Positions 7,844 to 16,998 of a stretch of 44,590 nt of DNA are shown here, one piece after another; position 1 is the stretch's first letter, and every line of letters starts with the position of its first letter. This DNA is from Candidatus Parcubacteria bacterium (lineage in GTDB: Bacteria > Patescibacteriota > Minisyncoccia > Phycocordibacterales > UBA918). A program made the position numbers and the translations under genes. The notes beneath the pieces were generated by a model. That model saw nothing but the letters and a program-made list of their open reading frames with translations, searched no databases and was not told where the DNA came from. The stretch covers positions 1-44,590 of the forward strand of contig JBEDID010000002.1 in NCBI GenBank assembly GCA_041173745.1, in the 5' to 3' direction.

Positions 7844-9919
7844 CTAAATATCGATAGTCGCCATCTTGGCGTTACTTTGAATAAATGACTTACGACTTGG
7901 TACGTCGGTTCCCATCAAAATGTCGAAAATCCTATCCGCTGCTTCAGCATCATCAATGGCTACTTGTTTGAGAATTCGGTTGGCTGCATTCATAGTAGTC
8001 TCGCCCAATTCTTCAGCATTCATTTCTCCCAAACCTTTGTAACGCTGAATTCGTGCGCGGCCAGTTTTTTTAGCAGACACTTCAGCTCCTTCTACTTCTT
8101 CACCTTCTACTTCCATATCTATTTCTTCATCTACTTCTTCGCCCATATCTTTTAGGATGGCAAATTTTTCAGCATCATCAAAAGCATAACGGACGTCTTT
8201 ACCTTTCTGGATTTTATACAGTGGTGGTTGTGCAATGTAGATAAATCCACCCTCAATTAACGGCCTAAAATAACGAAAAAATAGTGTTAGTAACAAAGTA
8301 CGAATGTGTGCTCCGTCGACGTCCGCGTCAGTTGCAATGATTACTTTATGGTAGCGCAGTTTTGAGATATCAAACACATCACCGATGGCTGTACCAAGCG
8401 CAATTACAAGATTTTTAATCTGCTCCGAGGCCAACATCTTATCAATGCGAGCTCGTTCCACGTTAAGAATTTTTCCACGTAGCGGCAAGATGGCTTGTGT
8501 CTTTCGGTCCCGGCCCATCTTAGCCGAACCACCCGCTGAGTCTCCCTCCACAATAAATAATTCTGAATCTTCCGCCCGCTTGCTTTGACAGTCGGCCAAT
8601 TTTCCCGGCAATGACATCCCTTCCAACAAACCTTTTCGCAAGACACTATCTTTAGCTGCCTTAGCTGCCTTACGTGCCTTGACGGCAATTACTACTTTAT
8701 TAATAATCGCCTTAGCATCATCGGGGTTCTCTTCCAGGAACATGTTGAAAGCCTCACTGAAAACTGACTCGGTCGCGCCACGAGCTTCGACAGATCCGAG
8801 CTTAGCCTTAGTCTGACCTTCAAACTGAATCTCTGGCATCTTAACCGAAATCACAGCAGTGATACCTTCCAGCACGTCATCTCCAGTAAAGCCGGCATCT
8901 TTATCTTTGACCGAGAAAAAGTTTCCTTTCTTGGCGTAGTTATTCAAGGTACGAGTTAAAGCCGTCTTAAACCCAGTAATATGAGTACCGTGTTCTGGGT
9001 TATAGATGTTATTAGCGAAGGCAGTAATGCGCGGAGAAATATCATCAACGTACTGCAACGCAACCTCGACTGATAATACTTCAGGAGTTACATTATTTTT
9101 CTCGACGTAGAAAATATTCTTATGTACTGGTTTTTGATGCTTGTTATTGAAAGCCACTAATGACTTTAATCCCCCTTCAAAATAAAAGTTTTGGTGTGGA
9201 ACCGGTAAGTGCTCATCCGATAGATAAGTCTTGCCTTTAACATCAAGTTTAGCTTGTTGCTCCTCATCTAAATCACGAGCATCAATCACCGTAATTTTCA
9301 TGTCTTTCACTAGATACGCTTGTTGTCGTAAGTGAGTAACGATTCGTTTGTAATCGTATTTAATTTCTTTAAAGATAGTTACATCAGACTGGAAAGTGAT
9401 GATGGTGCCTTTTTCTTTTGAAGGACCAACTTTCTTTACTTTGTATTTTGGTATACCAATACCGTATTCCTGAATGTAATGACCTCCGTCTTTATGTACT
9501 TCAGCAATCAGATGAGTCGAGAGTGCATTCACTACTGAGATACCAACGCCGTGAAGTCCACCCGAAACTTTGTAACCAGATTCCTCACCACCGAATTTAC
9601 CGCCGGCATGAAGGACAGTTAAAATAGTTTCAAGCGCTGATACTCCAGTCTGCTTGTGCATATCGACAGGAATACCACGACCATTGTCTACGACGCGAAT
9701 ATAGTCGTTAGGTAAAAGAGTTACTTCTACTCGGTCAGCAAAACCACCCATCGCTTCATCGCGTGAGTTATCAAACACCTCCCAAATCAAATGGTGCAGC
9801 CCATCAGGACCAGTCGTACCAATGTACATTCCGGGACGCTTTCGCACCGGCTCCAGTCCTTCTAGAACTGAAATTGAAGAGGCGTCGTAACTTTTATCTT
9901 TAGGTTTTTTCTCAGACAT
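7844..9919 (-). CDS. gyrB: DNA gyrase subunit B
   Basis: 691 aa. YDASSISVLEGLEPVRKRPGMYIG, GHKL ATPase motifs (DNGRGIPV, GGLHGVG), Toprim (ELFIVEGDSAGGSAK, IIATDADVDGAHI), RYKGLGEM. An acidic ~20-aa insert precedes RYKGLGEM. Confidence 0.93.
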   Translation of the reverse strand: MSEKKPKDKSYDASSISVLEGLEPVRKRPGMYIGTTGPDGLHHLIWEVFDNSRDEAMGGFADRVEVTLLPNDYIRVVDNGRGIPVDMHKQTGVSALETILTVLHAGGKFGGEESGYKVSGGLHGVGISVVNALSTHLIAEVHKDGGHYIQEYGIGIPKYKVKKVGPSKEKGTIITFQSDVTIFKEIKYDYKRIVTHLRQQAYLVKDMKITVIDARDLDEEQQAKLDVKGKTYLSDEHLPVPHQNFYFEGGLKSLVAFNNKHQKPVHKNIFYVEKNNVTPEVLSVEVALQYVDDISPRITAFANNIYNPEHGTHITGFKTALTRTLNNYAKKGNFFSVKDKDAGFTGDDVLEGITAVISVKMPEIQFEGQTKAKLGSVEARGATESVFSEAFNMFLEENPDDAKAIINKVVIAVKARKAAKAAKDSVLRKGLLEGMSLPGKLADCQSKRAEDSELFIVEGDSAGGSAKMGRDRKTQAILPLRGKILNVERARIDKMLASEQIKNLVIALGTAIGDVFDISKLRYHKVIIATDADVDGAHIRTLLLTLFFRYFRPLIEGGFIYIAQPPLYKIQKGKDVRYAFDDAEKFAILKDMGEEVDEEIDMEVEGEEVEGAEVSAKKTGRARIQRYKGLGEMNAEELGETTMNAANRILKQVAIDDAEAADRIFDILMGTDVPSRKSFIQSNAKMATIDI

Positions 9920-10063
9920 GACAACAGTAAATAATCAATAAATATAGCGCTATTATAGCAGAAAACAGATTTTTTTGCTTGTGGAAATCGTTCAGTTTTA
10001 CTAGTCATAACAACATTCCAAATAAAATTCAAGCTGGTGTAAAGGACTATTACATTTGCTGGA

Positions 10064-12001
10064 TTACCGCCCCTCCCAACCTTTGGCTGTGACCGCTTGA
10101 TAAACTGTTTCCATGATTGGGTTTATTTCAATATCGGTCAGAGTTCGTTCTGTGGACTGGAAAATTAAACGAAAAGCATAAGAGGTGCGAGCGTCTTTAG
10201 TGAAGGTATCGAAGAGAGTGTGCCGAACAAGCAGCGGGCCGGCAGCAGCTACTAGCGTCTCAGCTACAACCTCAGCTACAACACCGTCATCCACCCACAG
10301 TGCGATATCACGCGCAATGGCTGGATACAACGAGAAGGCTTTATAACTTACTTGAGAAAGAGCCGGCAAAGCGTCGTAAGCATCAGGCACTGGCAGAGTT
10401 TTTAACACAACATCAAGATTACCTTCCGCCACGCCTTTTTCAGTCTGCCAAACAACCTCAGCTCCGAGTATTTTCTCTACAGCCGTACAACCATTTTTTA
10501 TGATGACATCATCTTTAGGACTGTAACCATTTCCTTTCGTACGAACACCAAGAGAAATCGCTATGTATTCAGAAACAGAAGTTTCAGTTTTTATAAATAC
10601 CGTTCCAATTTCAAACACTCTTATATCAGGAATACCAAGCAAATCAGTATGTATGAAATTTGCATCAAGTACTGCGGTAATATTTTTTCGTAGCGATTCA
10701 CGCACATAACTCTTGTCGCTAGCTAGCGCATTTTGCAGCTGAATTGTGCCCTTTTTCTGAAAGGATGAGGTCATCACTTCAGAAAAACCTTGCTCAAGTA
10801 GCACCCGACGGATTCTTTCTGTGTAGTATTGCTTAACATTAATCTCAGCAAGAGACTGTGCTTCAGGCATCACTGAAACAATATTATGAAGACCATAAAT
10901 TCGACCCACTTCTTCAATGTAGTCTTCTTCAATCACAAGGTCAGATCTTTCCCAAGGTGAACGGACAGTTATTGAATCGGAATCTTCTTCAATCACCTCA
11001 GCTCCCGTTCGTAAAATAATTTTCTTCACTTCAGCTAGTGACAAATTTAGTCCGAGTAAACGATTAACATTGATCCGCGACACATTAGTTATGTTTTCTT
11101 TTTGTTTAACTAAATACTCGTCAACCAAACCAACACATTCGCCTCCAGCAATTTCGGTAATCAATTTTATAATGTCCCGCTGCGCATATGGTGGCAATTC
11201 GCGTGACGGTTCGTTTTCAAAGCGCTTAGATGCATCAGTTAAAATACCGAGACGGCGGGCGGTTTTTCTAATTACTTGAGGATCAAAGTGAGCAGCCTCA
11301 ATGATAATATTTTTAGTACCCGAATGAAGCTCGGCGAAGCGACCGCCTTTAACACCAGCTAACCCAACAGGGCTATCCGTTGAACCTTCAACTATCAGCA
11401 ATTCTGTACCCGTCAGTTCAATTATACGGTCTTCAGTTTTTCCTCCTTCAGCCAACAAGCTGACAGTCTCACCCACCACAGCAAATCGAATACCAATCTG
11501 CCACTGACCATTCATCTGCGGAAACAAATCTGCATCGTAAGCATGCATTGGTTGACCCAAGGAATACATGACGTAATTGGTAGCGTCTACAATATTATTA
11601 ATTGGACGTTGCCCCATAGCGCGCAAACGTTTTTGCAACCACTCCGGAGATTCTTTTATTGTAACTCCTGTGATAACGGAGGCAGTAAAGCGCGGGCAAG
11701 CTGCGCTATCGGCAATTTGAATTGAAACTTTATCTGTCGGAGACAAGGAAACTAATTCGGCTAAAGGGTCGCGGGCTAATGCTGTATCGGTAATCGTAGC
11801 TAACTCACGGGCAATCCCGCGCATTGAAAGACAGTCACTCGAACGATTCGGCAAGACGTCTACATCAATCACCGACTCCCCTGCCACCTCTTCTATTCCA
11901 TCCACTTCAAAAGCATGAAAGGTTAACAATTCTTCTACCTTGTTAACATCAGGTAATGATTCACCTAAATAATCTTTTAACCAACTGTGTATTACTTTCA
12001 T
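10064..12001 (-). CDS. pheT: Phenylalanyl-tRNA synthetase beta subunit (lacks the OB-fold tRNA-binding B2 domain)
   Basis: 645 aa. N-terminus MKVIHSWLKDYL...FEVDGIEEV runs directly into IDVDVLPNRSDCLSMRGIAREL. B3/4, B5 and C-terminal FDX-ACB-like domains present. Follows pheS with a 3-nt gap. Confidence 0.93.
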   Translation of the reverse strand: MKVIHSWLKDYLGESLPDVNKVEELLTFHAFEVDGIEEVAGESVIDVDVLPNRSSDCLSMRGIARELATITDTALARDPLAELVSLSPTDKVSIQIADSAACPRFTASVITGVTIKESPEWLQKRLRAMGQRPINNIVDATNYVMYSLGQPMHAYDADLFPQMNGQWQIGIRFAVVGETVSLLAEGGKTEDRIIELTGTELLIVEGSTDSPVGLAGVKGGRFAELHSGTKNIIIEAAHFDPQVIRKTARRLGILTDASKRFENEPSRELPPYAQRDIIKLITEIAGGECVGLVDEYLVKQKENITNVSRINVNRLLGLNLSLAEVKKIILRTGAEVIEEDSDSITVRSPWERSDLVIEEDYIEEVGRIYGLHNIVSVMPEAQSLAEINVKQYYTERIRRVLLEQGFSEVMTSSFQKKGTIQLQNALASDKSYVRESLRKNITAVLDANFIHTDLLGIPDIRVFEIGTVFIKTETSVSEYIAISLGVRTKGNGYSPKDDVIIKNGCTAVEKILGAEVVWQTEKGVAEGNLDVVLKTLPVPDAYDALPALSQVSYKAFSLYPAIARDIALWVDDGVVAEVVAETLVAAAGPLLVRHTLFDTFTKDARTSYAFRLIFQSTERTLTDIEINPIMETVYQAVTAKGWEGR

Positions 12002-12004
12002 ATT

Positions 12005-12727
12005 TTAAAATTGATTAACAAATCTTAAATCACCAGTATAAGAATCACGCACGTCTTCTATTCCATATTTCATCACTCCTAAGCGATCAATTCCAATACC
12101 AAAAGCGAAACCAGAATAAATTGCTGGGTCGATATTACAACCCTTAAGTACATTCGGATGCACCATACCAGCCCCCATCACCTCAATCCACTTTCCAGCC
12201 AACTTACTATCGCTTTCCAATAACTTCATATCAATTTCCACACCCGGTTCCACAAATGGGAAAAAGCTGGGACGAAAACGGACTTCCGTTTTACCGCTAA
12301 AAAATTTAGAAAAGAAATATTCCAATGTTCCCTTTAGGTGTCCAAGATGAATTCCTTTATCAATACACAAACCTTCAAGTTGGTAGAACTGAGCTTCATG
12401 TGTCGCGTCAGTTGATTCATTCCGAAAAACTTTTCCGGGGATAATAATTTTAATCGGCGGTTCGTGTTTTTCCATGTAGCGCACTTGCACGGGGCTAGTT
12501 TGGGTTCGTAACACCATTGGTTCGGACACATCTTTATCTTTGAACCAAAACGTATCCTGCATATCACGAGATGGATGATCTTTCGGCACGTTAAGCATAT
12601 TGAAGTTATAATGCTCAGTTTCCGCTTCCGGTCCTTCAGCAAATACAAAACCTATTTCAGCAAAAATAGCATTGATTTCAGAAATCATACTGGTAAGTGG
12701 GTGCTGATGTCCTTGTGGTGTTTGCAT
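12005..12727 (-). CDS. pheS: Phenylalanyl-tRNA synthetase alpha subunit, catalytic core only
   Basis: 240 aa. HPLTSMISEINAIFAEIGF, KDHPSRDMQDTFW, class II motifs 2/3 (FRNESTDATHEAQFYQLEG; GFAFGIGIDRL). Only 22 nt separate it from the upstream gene, so no N-terminal coiled coil is encoded here. Confidence 0.93.
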   Translation of the reverse strand: MQTPQGHQHPLTSMISEINAIFAEIGFVFAEGPEAETEHYNFNMLNVPKDHPSRDMQDTFWFKDKDVSEPMVLRTQTSPVQVRYMEKHEPPIKIIIPGKVFRNESTDATHEAQFYQLEGLCIDKGIHLGHLKGTLEYFFSKFFSGKTEVRFRPSFFPFVEPGVEIDMKLLESDSKLAGKWIEVMGAGMVHPNVLKGCNIDPAIYSGFAFGIGIDRLGVMKYGIEDVRDSYTGDLRFVNQF

Positions 12728-12749
12728 AGTATTTTAGTTTTGTACGTGA

Positions 12750-13898
12750 TTAAATTGGTTGAATTTCAGTAACAAGTTCGAAGTATTTATCTCCATCCAT
12801 TATATAAATAACTCCGTTTTCGACTACCGTTCGGAAGTCAGTTCCGGGGTAAACTTGTTGTGTGTTTTGCCATGAACGATCGTCAATTTCTGTGACATAT
12901 AATCCGTCTTGTAATTGTAATAGAACTAAGTCTGAACTATTAGGAAAAAAGTCGTACAAGTAAACATCTTGACGCAATCGATCTAGCTTTATTTCTGGAC
13001 GACAAATACGATTACTGTCAATTAACATAGGGGTAGTAGTAGACAGTAACAACTTACTTACTTGAAGAGCAACATGATTACCGTACCGTAAAGCAGTAGA
13101 GCTAGGTGTGTCGTTTGTAATGCAAAAATAGTACGGTATATTTTGCACTGTACCATTCCAGACTGCATACAATTCGCCTGTTTTTTCTACCAAACTCATA
13201 TTGCCACGCTCGACTAACACTTCCGTAGTAGTTGCCTCAATCAACACTTCAGTACTGGTTGAAAATCTAAACCGATCAACTTCATCCATAATTTTCTTAA
13301 ACACTGATTTAGTACTAGTTGCAGTAGAACTAGCAAACAGACTTTTAACAAAAGTGTATTCATCATTCAATTTGTAATTACCAGTCCGGGTAGATAAGGT
13401 AATTAATACTGGCAATGTCGTTGTTACACCAGAAAATAATTGCGTTGTGCTCGCCACTCCTAAATACACGGGTGTACCAGTCGCTGTTACATATTTCGTA
13501 ATGGGACGAACATGAGGCACTATTGGCATATTAAATGCCGAAGCTTCGGTTACTATATACGCATCAATTGGTAGTTCTTTAACCCAAGTTAAAAGATCTG
13601 GCCGCTGCACCACAACTCTGTGTTGTCCAGCTGCGATATTTTGAATGTAGTACGCTGAGCGGAACAATCGTGGACGATCCACTTGTTCTTCGTCTAAATA
13701 AACATCAACTTCTAAATTATCAGTAGTGATATACATACCGCCAGTTGTCACAATGGCAGTTTCTTGATTTTCGAAATTAAGCCGATAGCCTGTTGTGTAA
13801 AAAATCAACGCCGGTAAAGCTAGCACGAATATAACTACCAATGATAAGAAAAAACGTTGACGACTTTTTAGCGATAAACTTTCAATTTGTGGTTCCAT
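12750..13898 (-). CDS. Membrane-anchored hypothetical protein with PEGA-like domain
   Basis: 382 aa. N-terminal TM (FFLSLVVIFVLALPALIFY). The segment LEVDVYLDEEQV...AAGQHRVVVQRPDLLTWVKEL resembles a PEGA domain. Located 9 nt downstream of the GT2 gene. Confidence 0.55.
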   Translation of the reverse strand: MEPQIESLSLKSRQRFFLSLVVIFVLALPALIFYTTGYRLNFENQETAIVTTGGMYITTDNLEVDVYLDEEQVDRPRLFRSAYYIQNIAAGQHRVVVQRPDLLTWVKELPIDAYIVTEASAFNMPIVPHVRPITKYVTATGTPVYLGVASTTQLFSGVTTTLPVLITLSTRTGNYKLNDEYTFVKSLFASSTATSTKSVFKKIMDEVDRFRFSTSTEVLIEATTTEVLVERGNMSLVEKTGELYAVWNGTVQNIPYYFCITNDTPSSTALRYGNHVALQVSKLLLSTTTPMLIDSNRICRPEIKLDRLRQDVYLYDFFPNSSDLVLLQLQDGLYVTEIDDRSWQNTQQVYPGTDFRTVVENGVIYIMDGDKYFELVTEIQPI

Positions 13899-13907
13899 AA
13901 GAATAAA

Positions 13908-15521
13908 TTATTTTTCACGTTTTGGGGTCACCCAGAAGCCCATGTATTTACCAAACATTAATCGGGTCTGTGCATCTAATCCTGGAATTGCACTAAAGAC
14001 AATCATTGTTAGAGGCACCATAATCCACTGTAAAACCATTACTACATAACGAAAGCGACTATGGTGATCTGGTCGTGGCGGAGTAAGCGAAAGTGAAATG
14101 ATTGAAGACACTACCAGACCTACCATGGATACAATCAACAAGTTACGGACCATAATCGGCAGCTCGTATGAAAGGACCGTCGCATGGAACTCTCGAGTTC
14201 CAAGGAAGATTGGTGCCCAGCCCAGAATGAAAAGCATAATCGGATTGGTCACTAGTGACCAATACCCTTCTCCTTGCATCAGAGCTATCGCCCATCGTTT
14301 CTTTAGCGGTATCGCTTTATTTTTACTAAAATGATAAATAATGTAACACCAGTTTTCTACTCCGTAAGTCCAACGGCGATGTTGTTTATAAATATTTTTC
14401 ATAGTTCCCCACCAAGTCGGAGCAATTGTTGCATCCATCGCAATCGGGTACGACAGTGACACAACTTCAAAATTACCGTTATTGGCAATCAGTAAATTCC
14501 AGAAGATACGTGAGTCTTCACTGACTACGTTAGCCTGACCATAACCAATTTCATACAAAGCCTGGAAACTAACTGAGTGCGAAGAAAACGTCGCAGCCTT
14601 ATCAGGTCGCTCTTGCATAATCATTTGCCAAAACGTACTAGACATCGCCATTACTCGCGATAGCGCTGGAGCATCCCAAAGGTTGTTAGTAAAAAGTGGT
14701 ACTGGTTGAAATGCACTCTTGTATGGATTTTCGGTGGTAAGAAAATGCCACATCAAACAATTAAAATAATCTGGATAAATAACTGTATCGATATCAAAAA
14801 TAGAAGTGAGTATATTTTTGTAAGGAATAGCATTTGTATCAATAATTTTTCTCCGCACTTCTTGTAATGCAAAGTGTGTATTTGAACCTTTGCCAGCTAA
14901 CTCACCAGCAATATCAGCAGGATGAATCGTAACAAGAAAATGACCAAACTGAGCAGCGTACTCTGTCTCTATTTCGCGAGCCATTTGTCCAGCCTCTTCG
15001 CCAGCTCGAGCTTCTGCCGCCAGCACAACGATTAATTTCTTTGGATCATACTTAGCTGCTAACAAACCCTTAATAGCGCCATCAAGTACTTCTTTTGGTT
15101 CTTGATAATAAGGTAATATTATCAATTGATAATATTGACCGTAAGAAAACTTCTGCATTAATAGCTGCCAATCAAGTTCCATGTGGTGCCGCAAACGCTT
15201 CCAGTTGTAACGAACATGATACGAAAGGAAGATAGTCTTCAGCACCCAATAGATTGCAAATGCAATAATAAAATACGCAGCATAAAAAGGCGCATACATT
15301 GACGCTAAGATAATTCCAATCAAAGTTAACCAGGCGGCTAGTCCAGGTACGATTTCTAGAAAACGATAAAATCGGTAATCTTTACCAGTAAGCTCGGTTG
15401 CCCGAGAGACCCTAAAGTCTGCCCGCCGAGCATACGGCAATAAGTGTGATTGTTCATCCATGAATACCAGTGAGTATAGCGCTGTTTGCAAGTAAAATAA
15501 AGGGTTTTTAGGGTGTAACAT
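13908..15521 (-). CDS. Polytopic family-2 glycosyltransferase, processive (cellulose/chitin-synthase-like) type
   Basis: 537 aa. Multiple TM segments at both ends. Central GT-A region (LIVVLAAEARAGEE, FDIDT) and a Q-x-x-R-W motif (QHRRW). Confidence 0.75.
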   Translation of the reverse strand: MLHPKNPLFYLQTALYSLVFMDEQSHLLPYARRADFRVSRATELTGKDYRFYRFLEIVPGLAAWLTLIGIILASMYAPFYAAYFIIAFAIYWVLKTIFLSYHVRYNWKRLRHHMELDWQLLMQKFSYGQYYQLIILPYYQEPKEVLDGAIKGLLAAKYDPKKLIVVLAAEARAGEEAGQMAREIETEYAAQFGHFLVTIHPADIAGELAGKGSNTHFALQEVRRKIIDTNAIPYKNILTSIFDIDTVIYPDYFNCLMWHFLTTENPYKSAFQPVPLFTNNLWDAPALSRVMAMSSTFWQMIMQERPDKAATFSSHSVSFQALYEIGYGQANVVSEDSRIFWNLLIANNGNFEVVSLSYPIAMDATIAPTWWGTMKNIYKQHRRWTYGVENWCYIIYHFSKNKAIPLKKRWAIALMQGEGYWSLVTNPIMLFILGWAPIFLGTREFHATVLSYELPIMVRNLLIVSMVGLVVSSIISLSLTPPRPDHHSRFRYVVMVLQWIMVPLTMIVFSAIPGLDAQTRLMFGKYMGFWVTPKREK

Positions 15522-15640
15522 GGTGTAGTAATAAACTAGTCTCTAAATCAATAAAACGTACGTAATGACGCCTGTATGCAAAGCATACAGTGTGGCCTCG
15601 CTTGGAAGTAGGTACGCCTAGCAGAGGCTAGGCAGAGTCA

Positions 15641-15690
15641 ATAAAAAATAACCCAAAGAAAAGTTTACTTTTCTTTGGGTTATTTTTTAT
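15641..15690. terminator. Rho-independent terminator downstream of tRNA-Thr
   Basis: Stem AATAACCCAAAGAAAAGT/ACTTTTCTTTGGGTTATT flanked by an A-run and a T-run (15641-15690). Confidence 0.75.
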
Positions 15691-15731
15691 GTGTTCCACT
15701 CGCTTCACTCGTCCTACTTCTCTCGCATCGG

Positions 15732-15804
15732 AGCCACCTGTCAGATTCGAACTGACGACCTACGGTTTACAAAACCGTTGCTCTACCAACTGAGCTAAGA
15801 TGGC
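15732..15804 (-). tRNA. tRNA-Thr (anticodon UGU)
   Basis: Minus-strand cloverleaf: GCCATCT-TA-GCTC-AGTTGGTA-GAGC-A-ACGGT-TTTGTAA-ACCGT-AGGTC-GTCAG-TTCGAAT-CTGAC-AGGTGGC-T. All four stems pair (one G-U in the acceptor). Anticodon loop UU-UGU-AA. Discriminator U. The 3' CCA is not fully encoded (CCG follows). Confidence 0.9.
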
Positions 15805-15908
15805 AATATTTAATTTTCTACTTTTGTACCACTAAAGCCTGCTGGCTGTCTGATACGTCCTGCATCTTAGCAGAAAACAAATTGTTTTACCAGTTAATTT
15901 TTTAACAA

Positions 15909-16352
15909 CTAACGCAAGTCTTCTAGTTTTTGATGTCGTAGTTTTTTCTGTTCTCCTGGAGTGAGGGCTGTATCTTTTTTATGTACTGCCATTTTTCGTA
16001 AATGGTTATACTCACTAAGCTGCCTTTTTTCCGCCCTGAGTCGTTTGGTCCTGGTCCGATTACGTTCAAACACTGACTCAAAATAGGTGTACACAGCAAC
16101 AATCATTCGCAGCAATGTTCGCAAGACAGAATGAATACTGTAATACCAATGGAGTTGCAAAATGTATTTTACAAAATGTCCCCAATTGGTAACTATCGAT
16201 CTTTCAATTCCTTCTACCACTTCGTCCAACCAAGCTCGTAGAGCAACCGCAAAAAAACGCCGACCGCGCCGACGTTCTTTTTCAACCATTACTAGCATTA
16301 AAAGCAAAGTAAAAACACTTATTACAAATGCTGTCAGGGCTGAAGTAATCAT
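15909..16352 (-). CDS. Hypothetical small membrane protein with basic C-terminal tail
   Basis: 147 aa. N-terminal TM (ITSALTAFVISVFTLLLMLVMV), Arg/Lys-rich remainder. 5-nt gap to tsf upstream on the same strand. No recognisable family. Confidence 0.5.
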   Translation of the reverse strand: MITSALTAFVISVFTLLLMLVMVEKERRRGRRFFAVALRAWLDEVVEGIERSIVTNWGHFVKYILQLHWYYSIHSVLRTLLRMIVAVYTYFESVFERNRTRTKRLRAEKRQLSEYNHLRKMAVHKKDTALTPGEQKKLRHQKLEDLR

Positions 16353-16357
16353 TAAGG

Positions 16358-16942
16358 CTATTTAACCGACAAACGTGAAATCTTTTGAATAGATACGTTC
16401 TCGCCAAATTTTTGTATTGCTCCAGTCACCATTTCTCCAATCGTGACTTCTGGATTTCGGATGAAATCTTGCTCCATAAGAATTTGGTCTTTGAAGTAAG
16501 CAGAGATTTTACCAGCCATGATTTTTTCTTTCATTTCTGGAGTTTTGTCGCCAATTTCAGTCGCAAAAACTTCTTCGGCTTTTTTTAGTACTTCGGCCGG
16601 GACTTCTTCTTTATTGATATACTTGGGATCAGTAGCTGCAACATGCATAGCAATATCCTTTGCCAATGTTGTAAATTCAGCATTCTTGGACACAAAGTCA
16701 GTTTCGCAAGCGAGGAATACTAAGGCTGCTACTTCATTAGTATTGTGCATGTAAGCACCAATTGAACCAGCACCGAGTTCACGGTCTGACTTTTTCTCAG
16801 CGGCTTCACTGCGCTTCTTTTTAAGAATTATAACGGCTTTATCCATGTCTCCCCCAGCTTCCTCCAGTGCTCTCTTGCACTGCATCACTGAGATACCGGT
16901 TTTGTCTCGTAACTCTTTTATTTGGATTGATGTGATTTCCAT
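16358..16942 (-). CDS. tsf: Translation elongation factor Ts (short form)
   Basis: 194 aa. UBA-like N-terminus IKELRDKTGISVMQCKRALEEAGGDMDKAV. Located downstream of rpsB as in the conserved rpsB-tsf operon. Confidence 0.9.
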   Translation of the reverse strand: MEITSIQIKELRDKTGISVMQCKRALEEAGGDMDKAVIILKKKRSEAAEKKSDRELGAGSIGAYMHNTNEVAALVFLACETDFVSKNAEFTTLAKDIAMHVAATDPKYINKEEVPAEVLKKAEEVFATEIGDKTPEMKEKIMAGKISAYFKDQILMEQDFIRNPEVTIGEMVTGAIQKFGENVSIQKISRLSVK

Positions 16943-16998
16943 ACAAATTTACTAATGAACTAGATAATGAATGTGTTTACGTTACTCCAAGATGGAGA

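Noticed and set aside
9944-9988. Palindrome ATAGCGCTAT (9944-9953) and a DnaA-box-like TGTGGAAAT (9980-9988) upstream of gyrB as an origin or DnaA-regulated site
   Set aside because: There is a single 7/9 box only. The palindrome overlaps the likely gyrB -10 (minus-strand TATAAT at 9952-9957), so it is most simply part of the promoter or an operator. Evidence is insufficient for more.
12334-12648. 104-aa minus-strand ORF inside pheS in another frame
   Set aside because: It is fully nested in the conserved pheS frame, and its product is low-complexity and Cys/Lys-rich. It is spurious.
15541-15731. Cluster of small hairpins (CTGTATGC/GCATACAG, GCCTAGC/GCTAGGC, GAAGTAGG/CCTACTTC) around the tRNA-Thr terminator as a possible ncRNA (SRP, 6S or tmRNA)
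   Set aside because: I recognise no conserved motifs of those RNAs. The stems are short (7-8 bp). The region is adequately explained as the tRNA trailer and terminator plus the 5' UTR/promoter (minus-strand TTGACT) of the GT2 gene. I cannot exclude a small RNA without a covariance-model scan.
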